Position numbers and translations under genes: made by a program | The notes under the pieces: model-generated | Told to the model about the DNA's origin: nothing | The model's input: the letters and a program-made list of their open reading frames with translations, nothing else | Database searches by the model: none | NCBI GenBank assembly: GCA_010093745.1 | Contig: MU005976.1 | Location: 248,001-287,431, forward strand | Length of the DNA: 39,431 nucleotides | Origin: Piedraia hortae CBS 480.64 | Taxonomy: Eukaryota | Direction: 5' to 3' | In this document: positions 1 through 9,830 of the stretch, one piece after another | Position numbering within the stretch: the first letter of the stretch is position 1 | Layout: each line of letters begins with the position of its first letter

Positions 1-245
1 TCCTACATACATAACAAAACAGTGATGCAAATTTACAAGATGACGCTAAGCATTAGCGCAAACTTCATTTTTTATAGGACGCCACTGAGCTCCATTGCAA
101 TCTAAAGTTTAATTCCCAAGGAAACATTTTATGATGACGAATAAGTCCGCATTAGGACAACATACAATCTCAAGTGTGCAGAAATCCCTGAATGTAAGGT
201 GACAACGTCACGGGCACTGCACTCCCAGTAGAAGAGGCCTGACAG

Positions 246-1800
246 CTAAGGCACATCAATCTCGTCAAAATCAGCCACCAGCGTCATCCCAATCCCCCAA
301 TCATCCGGAACGCTTGATGTTTTATCATCCTCAGCCTCGGAGAGAACTTCCGTGGTGTGGTATTCCTCCTCGTCGAATCAAACCTCTGCAAGAGCCTCGG
401 CACCCTCCACAAGCTTCGAATTGCTGTAGATGCCCATCTACAGTAATTCAAAAAAAAGTTCGTGCCCAGCCCACGCGTGGCTGCGCGTAATCATCCCAAA
501 CTCCTTTGACAGCCATGCACACGACGCCCCACAAGCTACCTACCCTGGACAAGGAGGAAATCCGGCAAACTCATTGACATATTTAACAATCGAAGTAACC
601 AATGTCCTGGCGGTATATCTATCCACGAACGCCCTGGCGAATATATGAACCCAAAGCGTCCACAACCTTGACTCCAAGCCTGGACGCCACCTTAACGGAG
701 GTACCTTCGATAGTCACACGATCGTCTGTTATGTGTAACTCCTTGCGAGACTAAGTAGCGGTCAGTGATCCAACTCCTCAGATTCGAAAGATCGGAAACA
801 ACAGACTTCAGCTTCGTCGAAGTCACGACGTACATGTCCAGGTCCGTAGGGATTTCCAAAGAGTGGGTGATCACTCCCACATGTTCCGGATGATCGATTA
901 CGACCATCCTGTAAAACATCATCGCCCCGCAATTCTCGAGCAACTCTAAAGAGAACCAAGGCTTACGTCTACCAGCGATGCTGAAGGTATGCGAATTCAG
1001 CCGCGCCTTCCACGCGACAGTAGGATAACAATCTACCCCACTCGATCCCTTAGGGAAGTCGAACCCCACATAGTGAAAGTCCCTTGAGGCATGGATGCCG
1101 GTGCCGGACAACTCACCAGCCGAATTCAGCAACATCTCTGGATGATAAGGAAGAAACCCTTAACAGACTTGAGATTCAGCAGCAACCATAGTGGTAGCCA
1201 CCTGATAAGGTGAGTAGGCATTCAACCAACTGCCGATGCATATCGCATTATATCCGGGTGAACAACGCCACTCGGTGAACAATTGACATTCCATTCTCCT
1301 TGCACGTATCGATTGTAAACGGATTTGTGAAGCCCGGTACGGGTCACTTTGGAAACGTCGACGAAATCACGATAGAACCTGAATGCGTCCAAACTCTGAT
1401 GTCTCTCAAGTATAGCACCGAGTCAAGCGGGGTCTAGGATCAGATGGGCTTTGCCAAGGCCCGATTCCAAAGCTGGGATGATGGCTGGCGACAACACCAC
1501 CGCAAAAAAAGCCACTTTAAACGCCGACAGCATCAACCACTCGACTACCAACCTACGCATTTCAACGTAATACGCATATACTGGCTGGACACGAGACCAG
1601 CGTAAATTCTGGAAACATCTCGGTTAACAGGGATATGTCTTCACTAGCAAGGGAAACCGTAACTATCGAAACGGGTTTACTCACCTGAAACTACCCCTTG
1701 GCGGCTGACAACTGGTACACCCTTTTTCTATGCTGTCAGCCACGTTAGTGAACATTGGATGCGTGGTTGACCGTGAGACATTGTTCTCCAGAGCCCATAC
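246..1800 (-). pseudogene. Endogenous non-retroviral RNA-virus element: decayed alpha-like/virga-like (Martellivirales-type) viral methyltransferase-guanylyltransferase (Vmethyltransf) gene
   Basis: Manual minus-strand translation across frameshifts and stops gives these blocks in order: KPVSIVTVSLASEDISLLTEMFPEF (~1604-1678); YAYYVEMRRLVVEWLM (1531-1578); AICIGSWLNAYSPYQVATTMVAAESQVC*GFLPYHPEMLLNSAGELSGTGIHASRDFHYVGFDFPKGSSG; FSLELLENCGAMMFYRMVVID; DDRVTIEGTSV (~694-726); VHIFARAFVDRY. They are collinear with remembered tobamovirus replicase blocks (YPEF; HSLAGGLRSLELEYLM; AIALHS; FHFSENLLL; FSRDGDKLTFSF; WFCKFSRID; SRVIINGVT). No introns are needed. Includes the supplied ORF 692..1135. Confidence 0.8.
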
Positions 1801-1802
1801 GT

Positions 1803-1832
1803 ATAACTCGTGTACATCTGTACACGAGTTAT
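1803..1832. repeat. Perfect inverted repeat (14-bp arms, 2-nt spacer) at the virus-relic/hAT-relic junction
   Basis: ATAACTCGTGTACA-TC-TGTACACGAGTTAT read directly from the sequence. Confidence 0.95.
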
Positions 1833-2400
1833 CGGCAATTGCGAGGCTAAGAGAGTAAGAGATGCACCCGATGGTGTAAATATGGGCGTATTTCAGCCCC
1901 AGGATGCGGAGGCCAGACTCCTGGTTGGAGGATTGTCGCAGAAAACGGCGATGATGCGACTGGGTCCCACGACTTGGACAATCTTGCCAAGCTCACTCGC
2001 GATGAACCCACCAGAGTGCTTCTCAATTCCAGTGGGATCTGATCCCCAGAGAACTCTTGCCATGCGTAACGAGGAACCGATATTTGTCTTTTGGTACCAG
2101 CCATACTCATCCAAGCCCTGAAAGATGCACTGCATCTTGGCCATGAGGAAAATAAGGCGGAAGGAATTCACAGATGCGATCCTGGCCCCACCGTCCACCA
2201 CCAGCTCCTCCGCACAGACACCCAAGCACTGCCATGACAGCCACCGTTCATCGGTGTCCGGTCCGTTGTTCGCCCCGAAGCATCACAGCGCTCTTGGTTT
2301 CATTGTTTGACACACAGAGGACACATAGATGAGGATGCTATTGTTTCTGCCGCGCTGCCCAGACCTTATAGCAGAAGTCGCCGGACGCCTCCACTCCACC
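1833..2400 (-). mobile_element. Degenerate hAT-superfamily (DUF659-type) transposase fragment
   Basis: Minus strand gives BED-finger-like DFCYKVWAAR..HL...C (~2315-2385), then GLDEYG, TGIEKHSGGFIASELGKIVQVVGPSRIIAVFCDN (the HTGE..A..L......GP..I.AVVTDN motif), then a frameshifted KYAHIYTIGCIS-TLSLAIAD (CxxH region). Stops and frameshifts are present. Confidence 0.7.
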
Positions 2401-2469
2401 GGGAATACCACCCCAAGTAACATCGACCCCGATTGCGCTGTTGCACTTGCCATCGTCAACCGCCCGGCC

Positions 2470-2790
2470 TATAGTCGCTAATCGTTTATGCAACTGCATC
2501 ATGAGATCCAACGAGTGTTCGTGAGGTTTTTTCAACCCCGTAACAAAATTGGTGGGCGGTTCGTGTCCACTCTGAGGGATAGACCGTTCCACGTCCTTTT
2601 CGTGTAAGCCAGTATTTGGGCTACTGAAACAGAAGCCAAAAAGACACCCGCCCTGGGCAAGTGATAGAATATCATAGCCGACGGGGCATGGCTTGCCACG
2701 AACTTTCACCGTGTGCGTAGAGCACCCAGTAAACCTCACCATGCATTTGTCAATGGAAATCCCAGTGGCTAGAATGTTGGTGTTTTGGGA
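2470..2790 (-). mobile_element. piggyBac-like (DDE_Tnp_1_7) transposase fragment
   Basis: ISIDKCMVRFTGCSTHTVKVRGKPCPVGYDILSLAQGG matches the piggyBac IDE.MV.F.GR..H......KP...G motif. It is truncated and no TIR pair was found. Confidence 0.8.
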
Positions 2791-4234
2791 CCACGGAGTG
2801 TGCCGCTCTCAAAGAGATGAAATCTGACGATAGCCCGGAATAGAAAGCAAATCCTGAAACCACTAAAATCCGTCCGAGGTGGTGTGGCCCTTGGCACAGG
2901 ATCTGGACCTGGATCTTTCCCTAATAATTATGCCCGTATGATGTTGGGTGAGTCAAAGAGGTCTTATCCGTTGCAAGGCTAAGTGAGACCTAGAGCTTAG
3001 CATTCCGGGTGATCCGGCGTTCAGAATGGATGCCCCTTGAGATTGCAGTGGTATATGATGAGGTGGGGGTGATGGCTGTGGTATTGTGTGACTCTGCTGG
3101 AATATCTTGCTAGAAAGTTGAGGGGTGTTGTCACCTCCTGGCCGGTACCGGCCCGATCCACTTGGAACGTCACTGGGTATTCAGCTTGTAAGGAATCGCA
3201 ATCTCTCAATAACCGTATTTGATGTAGTTAAGGGGGACGAACTGATAGTGTGAGTACACTAAGACATGATTAATATAATAGTTATATGTGCTGCATACAT
3301 GAAAGGACGTTGTACATGGTCATCACGTGACACATCCTTCAACTGATGTCGATTATGCCCGGCTCATGTTATAGCCATGAGATATGAGGCGGTGGCTAGT
3401 GTCGATCCTTGCCGGTACCTTGACATGTCGATCCCATGGTCGACATTGGTGTCGCTGATAGATTATTTATTTCTTGTACATAGTTCCGCCCGCCGGTTCA
3501 GGCGGGAAGTCGCGTTATCCTTCTTTCATCACTGTTTCCTCTGTCCACACCAGTGATATTAGATTGGTGAGTACCAGCCCTTGGTCTATCTACATAATTC
3601 TGGGAGCGTAGTACGTTGCGGTTTCAAGCGACTTGACACCTTCCAGCCGAGTACTAATTACTAAGCGATAATACACGTAATCATCCGCGTATTACAGTCT
3701 AGCGTCTGAAATACTCTATGATCCCACGGCGCTTCGTATTCGGAGAACTCGTGGAGCACAAGAAATTGAAGCAATGAAGACGGCTAGCTGATTTGCCGGT
3801 GCTAGTGATTGGCTTGGCTTAAGCTGCAGGTCGTCACCAGACTTTTGAATCAACAGAAGAAAACACGGCTCAACGCAATGGTTCGGTTATTTTCCTTGCC
3901 GTTGCGGGGTTCGGTTCAGGTTGCTTGTGTGGGGAACCCCGTTGACTGTTGCCGTCCGCCACACCTAGCCACAGCTTTGATAACTATACGTCAGGTGCAC
4001 ATGCAAATGTTCATGTAACGACCGGGTTTCAAGACTAAGCCATGTCTGTAGACAAGGTCATAGATTGATATGGTATGCAAACACCTTATGTTCAGTGACG
4101 CCTTGATCATGATGAGTGAACGATCTGCAAAGTGTCAAAGGTAAGATTTCCCATGTGGCTGGAGCCACAGCCTTCTGGGCCTGGATCCTCCAAACTTATA
4201 ACGGAAGAGTCCCGGAGAACAGTCGAGGAAAACG

Positions 4235-5820
4235 ATGAGTCCTGTTGATCCATCTCCATCTACACTTTCAGCAAGCTCACGGTAAAGTTGATAAAGAAGA
4301 ACTCATCAGGAATTTTTGAATTAACTTGTGCAAAGACACAGATATCCGCCAGAATGTGATAGTCCGGTTAGTCTAATATGCGATCAGCCAAATGCCTGTC
4401 CATACACAACTTGGCCATTTCCAGATCATGAGAAAAGGGACCTAGCAGCACCTATTCCCTGTCCTATGCAGTCTGGAAGCGGGACCCAGGAGCCTATTAG
4501 AGAGGAAACATCTTTGAACATTCAATACCAGAGAAGAAGGATATGTGGGCGATCAAAATTGCGGTTCACATTGATATTACTTGTCTTGGCCTTCGCGATA
4601 ATAGCACTAACCGTTGGACTTGGGGTGGGCTTAGGACTGAAGAGGAAAAGGTATCATCTTTTCAGTGTTATCGCATAGCAACTACTGACTAACTAAGCTC
4701 GCCAGATTCTTTATCCAGTGACTCGACATCTAATTCAACTGGAGCAACGTCAGAGCTACATACGGGACCATTTGGGTGCATGGCAAAGGCAAATTCCACC
4801 GAGAGCGCAATACAAGACTCAGGAGTGGCGCTGATCACCCGCTCCCGCGTTGGCTTTTACCCAGATTATCCTGCGAGGCTATTCTACCAAGATCCCACTG
4901 GCCAGCTTCGCCAAAGGAAACTCGTAGGTGAGAGATCGTGGAGCGAGGAAAAGCTGCCGGTCGAAATTTTTGCCAAGAAGGGCACGACGCTGGCTGCAGC
5001 GGCAGACTATGTCGGAATTCATCTCTTCTGTGAGTCGAGTACAAGGCCCCAGCCAAGCTCTCGGCTAACACTGTAGCAAGACTTGGATCAAGACTCTCAC
5101 ATGAAGGAACTGGTTTTTAGCAATAAAAGTGTAGTTCACCATGGTCCTCTCGACGCTATGGACCCTCCCGTTGGGCTAGCAGCCAATCGAGCGACCAAAG
5201 CTTGCGGCTTTGGCTACTGGACCAGACAAAATGGCGAACCGGTAGTGCGGCCTGGTTACTTTCTCTACTTCGCATCCAACAAAACTACTTTGCAAGGATG
5301 GCTCAACATGAACGGCACCTGGCATTATCGCAGCTCAATCCCAAACGTCAACACGACCGCTGGACTATATTGTTTCATCCGACCCGACAATCCAGCAATG
5401 CAATTTCTATTTGCCAGCACCAGCGGCAATCTCGAGGTTTGGACTGACAACTATAACAACACATTGCCCAAAAAGGACTGTCAGGTCCCTGTTCCCACGT
5501 CTTTCATCAACCACGAAACGTATATCGGCGCCAGCGAGCAGTTCTTCTATTCCCAGGACGACAAGAATAGAATTCTGTATCGCAACGTCTCCCTTAAAAC
5601 AGTTAACAGGTGCAACGAAACAGTCTCCTTTGACGAAGATCCTTTACCCGTGAGTAATACACCGGCGCTGCCAGGAACAACGTTAAGCCAGGCCTTTTCG
5701 ACCGAGCTCGACGATAAAGAATGGCAGGTTGCCGCTTTTCAGACTCAACGGCAGGGCGTGACTGTTTACTCTTTCGAAAAGGGCGTTTTCACCGGTGGTG
5801 CGGATATTATCAGGTGTTGA
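4235..5820 (+). CDS. Type II single-pass membrane protein with a fungal fucose-lectin-like beta-propeller ectodomain (~477 aa, 4 exons)
   Basis: Exons 4235-4281, 4336-4650, 4698-5029 and 5081-5820 join in frame through GT..AG introns of 54, 47 and 51 nt. There is an RRRICG motif followed by a TM helix (LILLVLAFAIIALTVGLGVGLG), propeller-like blades RLFYQDPTGQLRQ and IHLFYLDQ, and several N-x-S/T sequons. Confidence 0.75.
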
Positions 5821-6717
5821 GCATGACTGACCTGCATGGGGTCATCTTCAACAGGAGAAAGGTTCAAATGAACCTTCACGATACAATCCTATTGCTATTA
5901 CCATTGTTCATACGCCGCTAAAGTTGTAAAGCTCTGCCTCCAAGGGCAAGCACTCCATCTATGCATATTGATAACCGAATTATATTCACTTCCTCTACGC
6001 CTTGCAGCCTGACTGTTCTCATACTAATTCGGGAGCTCACCACGCTCAGCTCGGTGACAAAGCGCTGTGGCCGTGACATCACAAAGGATCAGAGTCCAGC
6101 CATCGCCGCAGCCTCAGATGTTGATATTCAACTCCTCAGCATTCGTCTGGCCGCTTTTTGTCTCCGGGCCTGGCGTACATGCCACTCTGTCTCTCCCTCA
6201 TCATCGACTGTCTGGATCATCGAAGTCAGGACTCATCAGCTAAGAACGCATGCTTATTCATGTCTCCGTTTGAGCCAGAAGAGCTGGGGTTGAACTCGAT
6301 GAGAAACATGCGCAGCCTTCCATTGTCAAAATATACCTGGATTCTGGCCAATTTCTTTGACCCCATCACAAGCCAATAGGCTGACTGGGAGACAGCCACC
6401 ATGGACTCATTAAGGTGATGGGAAGCTGGCCGGTATCTGTCGGCGGACGCGGCTGGCCTTTCTTGTTGATTCTATCGCCCATATCTTTCGGCTGTCGGGG
6501 TTTTGTATACTCGTCCATTGCAGTCGCTGGATCGTTCTCATTTTTTATGGAGGCTTGTAGATCTTAGCGTGGTCCAGAATCGCCTGCATTCTATATACTA
6601 GCAATCATGTCTATGAGAACCAGGGTATGCCGGACCAGTCACGGTCTGTGGACGAAGACTTTTTCCCTCGTCCTCTCGCAAAATTAGGTATCCGTTGATT
6701 TATTCTTGTTTCGACCA

Positions 6718-7670
6718 AAATTGTCGCTGATGGCGCACGTTTGAAAGTCATACTCTGCGTGTATGTCATTCCGGTGGAACCAGGACAAGGGCGCTCTCAG
6801 TTGGTGTAGTGGCGATGTCCCCTGTCCAGTTGGATTGCATTAGCAAGCTACCAGTGCCTCCTTGAAAGACGTGTGATCGTCTGTATTCGCTTCCGTTTTG
6901 GCGTCCGCCGTCTTCCTAGATGCCTTGGGTCCATTACGCTTTTTCTACGGGATTGTCTGATGACATGTTCGGACGCAGATTTGTCAAACCTGAAATGGGA
7001 TATCCCTGGCTTGTTTCTTTTTACGGCAGAAGTGGTCGCTGATGGAGAGCTTTTTGAATAATAGTGCTCGTCATGTATGCCATCCCGGCGAAACGTTGCG
7101 GGTTTGCACAGAATCAAGGCTCGGTGATTTCTGCTCCAACTGGTGCAACGGAAGACGTTCCGTTGGGTTTCCATCGCAAGCAAGCAAGACCTTGCTAAGG
7201 AACAGCAGGTCCCATTGGAAAAAAATCTCGAGTCGCGGCAATGCTGCTATCATTCTCGGCAGGAAGTATGCCATACCTTCGGCGGTATATCTCTCGTTTC
7301 CTTCCTATTTCAACCAAAGTGATCACCAGTAGTGCACCTTTGAAATATCATCCTGGTAGAGCATTGCGGGTTCGCACAGGAGCAAGGCTCTCTTAGTTGA
7401 TGCCGCGGAGATGTTTCGTACTCAACTGGGTTTCCCTCGCATGCTAGGAAGGAGAAGCATGTCCTCATCCAAATTCACTTCCTTTTCAACACCTGATGTC
7501 TTGTTGACTGCCTTGAAGCTATCATGCGTCTTCCAAAACTTTTATGGAGCTTAATGCACTTCTCAGTCATTGCATCCGCTATAGCCTTCATGCTCTGCTT
7601 TTTGAATAGTGCGTGCTGAGCCCTCGCCTCAAAGATCTCATTCGTTGAGGTCTTTGGGCTTTGTATGCCG
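6718..7670 (-). pseudogene. Decayed gene for a protein with ~90-100-codon internal repeats (family not recognised)
   Basis: Three degenerate copies: RALLLCEPAMLYQDDISKVHY (~7330-7392), RALILCKPATFRRDGIHDEHY (~7062-7123) and FHRNDIHAEYDF with a shared CCATCAGCGAC (~6723-6780). Offsets are ~268 and ~312 bp. Many stops and frameshifts; boundaries are approximate. Confidence 0.5.
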
Positions 7671-8503
7671 TAGCAAAGACGAGTTTATAGCCGGGATTAT
7701 GTTCAGGTGGACCTCGTTTCACCCTATAGGGTCTGTCTGACGCTGCCTAATGGTGTGGCATAGACAGGTTCGTAGCCTATCCCGCGTTAGGGTGGCCCTC
7801 ATTGACACCTATATGATGATCGTGATTTTTTCATGTGGAGGGTATAAGTAAAGATATCTTTGTAGTGGTGCTCTTTGCGTTTGGAGTGTTGGGCAAAAAT
7901 GTGATCGCAGCGGAGAGGATTTCTAGTGCACGCAACAATGTATTGTGCGCAAGATAAGCCGACTTCTTGTGCCCGCAGTGGGATTGGCTTTTGACATACA
8001 GGAAATTCTTGTCTTGTTTGATATGTCGGGTTATTTTTGCTGCATGTGTGTGCGCTGTGTGTACGCTATGCCTGTGCGTTATGTTTGCAGGATATGTTCA
8101 CCTTTGTTAGGAGAAGAATGTAGGCAGAGGCATGCAATGCCTCCAACTGGTTGGGAAACGCAACAATTGGTTTTTCTACTTTTTTAATCAGCACACCGAA
8201 CACAGGTGCGTATCGCCTTACAGAAGCAAGCCCAGGCCTTCAAGTTCCACGGGTCCGTCCACCGAGGTTGCGAAATTCGCAAAAAATTGCCCAGCGCAAA
8301 AAGCCGCGGCCCACGCTTCAACGACAAGCACTGAAGCATCCAAACCACCAAATTTGTGTGCAAATCCAAGAAAAAAAGGCCACTCCCTCCAAGCGGTCGC
8401 GAAAAGAATAGGGAACGCAAATATATAGCACGTCATAGCGTCTCTGTGTGTACAGACAATTTTTTGCAGAACAATCCAGTAAGCACACCGTCTGAACAAT
8501 AGC

Positions 8504-8514
8504 AAAAAAAGAAA
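8504..8514 (-). terminator. RNA polymerase III oligo-T terminator of the 5S gene
   Basis: TTTCTTTTTTT immediately after the 5S 3' end on the minus strand. Confidence 0.85.
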
Positions 8515-8633
8515 ACTTACAGCAGCGGGGATTCCCACGTGGTCACCCACCGTAGTACTAATCCGCCGGTTTGCAGCTTAAGTTCAGGAGAGCAGACGGG
8601 ATCCTCTGTTCTCTGCAACCTATGGCCGTAAGT
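8515..8633 (-). rRNA. 5S rRNA gene (dispersed copy, 119 nt)
   Basis: ACTTACGGCCATAGGTTGCAG...GATCCCGTCTGCTCTCC...TTAAGCTGCAAACCGGCGGATTAGTACTACGGTGGGTGACCACGTGGGAATCCCCGCTGCTGTAAGT. The terminal helix ACTTACGGC/GCTGTAAGT and the internal helices pair. Confidence 0.97.
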
Positions 8634-8657
8634 AATCATAGTCATGGAATAGTAGGA

Positions 8658-8664
8658 TTTTATA
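8658..8664 (-). promoter_or_regulatory. TATA element about -31 to -25 upstream of the 5S gene
   Basis: TATAAAA on the minus strand, at the position where dispersed filamentous-ascomycete 5S genes carry a TATA box. Confidence 0.65.
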
Positions 8665-8944
8665 ATCATGGCACTTTACTATAGCAAACTCGAACTTCGA
8701 ACGCACCACATATGCGCGAGGATTGCTCAGTTGTGTACCGTTGATGCCCCTGCTAAGTCGCTTCCTTACAGCTTCATATCGTAGCATCATAGGTATCCTT
8801 TCGTGAAAAAAACTTCTTCTGTGCTCAAACTAACATGAAAGCAGTTGCTTCAACACAGATCATTTTATCCCAGGAAATTGTCCGAAAGTAGTCGTCCTGA
8901 TACGCCTTTCAGATTGATACGCTTACCAAAGTCGTAACCGTACT

Positions 8945-9535
8945 AAAGAAAGCGTAACTTCCCAAAACGGTCGTTTCTGGGCTCCAAAAAAATGTATCAG
9001 CGGCGTTCATATCGATGCGCTAAACCCGAAAGCGTTAGACTTTTCATTTTGGGCGGCGTTTATCGTGGCGTTTCCGCGGTCGAAAGGTTCATTGGAATCG
9101 CGAGAGAGTTTAGTCGATTGACTGAGCAAACGACAGAACACATCGCCATGGGATGAGTTATGAGTATGCAATGGAAAACTGAAAGGGGAAACGTTGCCGA
9201 GAGGTGACGCAGGAACAAATGGAGTCGCGAAAGCATACTCCTGTCTGGAAAGCATAACTAATCTCCACAGACTGTGACTGAACATTGAAAAGTCGAGCCG
9301 CTTTCCGTTTTTGGCAAAAGCCAAGCCTAAAAGCGTTAGACTTGCTTTTTTGAGCGACAACAGACTAGTGCTTGCCTTCGAGACTCCTAGCATTTCCGCG
9401 GCTGAAAGCTGGTGCGTTGGAATCGCGAGAGGACATATAGTTGATTGACTGAAGAGTAGACCAAACGCATTGCCAGGGGGTGAGATAAGGGTGTGTATTG
9501 AGAGGTAAATTTAGCCGAGAGAGCTGACGCAGGAT
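8945..9535 (+). repeat. Degenerate ~300-325-bp tandem duplication, possibly a decayed repeat-protein gene
   Basis: Collinear pairs: GAAAGCGTAACT/GAAAGCATAACT (8948/9248), AAAGCGTTAGACTT (9029/9330), TTTCCGCGG, TTGGAATCGCGAGAG (9092/9417), GATTGACTGA and TGACGCAGGA. Confidence 0.85.
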
Positions 9536-9830
9536 GGGTAGATCCGCTAGTGATAAGGAGATGAGGTGCTGGAAGGTGAAATTGGGGTGGCTATCATGAT
9601 TCTATATGAGAATTGACAGCCTCTTGATCGTAGTTTCCTCCGAATTAGTGGAACTATAGCCGCAGAACCCCCTGCGGGATAACGAAAGAAATAACCACGA
9701 CACACCCACCTGCCCAATAATCAGTATATCAAACACCGCCATGCATCCCCTCGCGCAGCGAATCTAATGTGGCGTCCATCTGACCCCACCTCCCAAAAAT
9801 TTCCAGGATGCGGGGTCTAGCTCGACAACT

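Noticed and set aside
2950..3700. LTR-like or TE-end-like non-coding sequence
   Set aside because: No paired termini or coding similarity that I can support.
7945..8550. Overlapping short ORFs and the small palindrome TTGCGAAATTCGCAA (8268-8282)
   Set aside because: No recognisable protein motifs; one ORF overlaps the 5S gene; 7-bp arms can occur by chance.
1..8633. Starship giant transposon inserted at the 5S gene
   Set aside because: The 5S gene is uninterrupted, and no DUF3435 tyrosine recombinase or other Starship hallmark is recognisable in the window.
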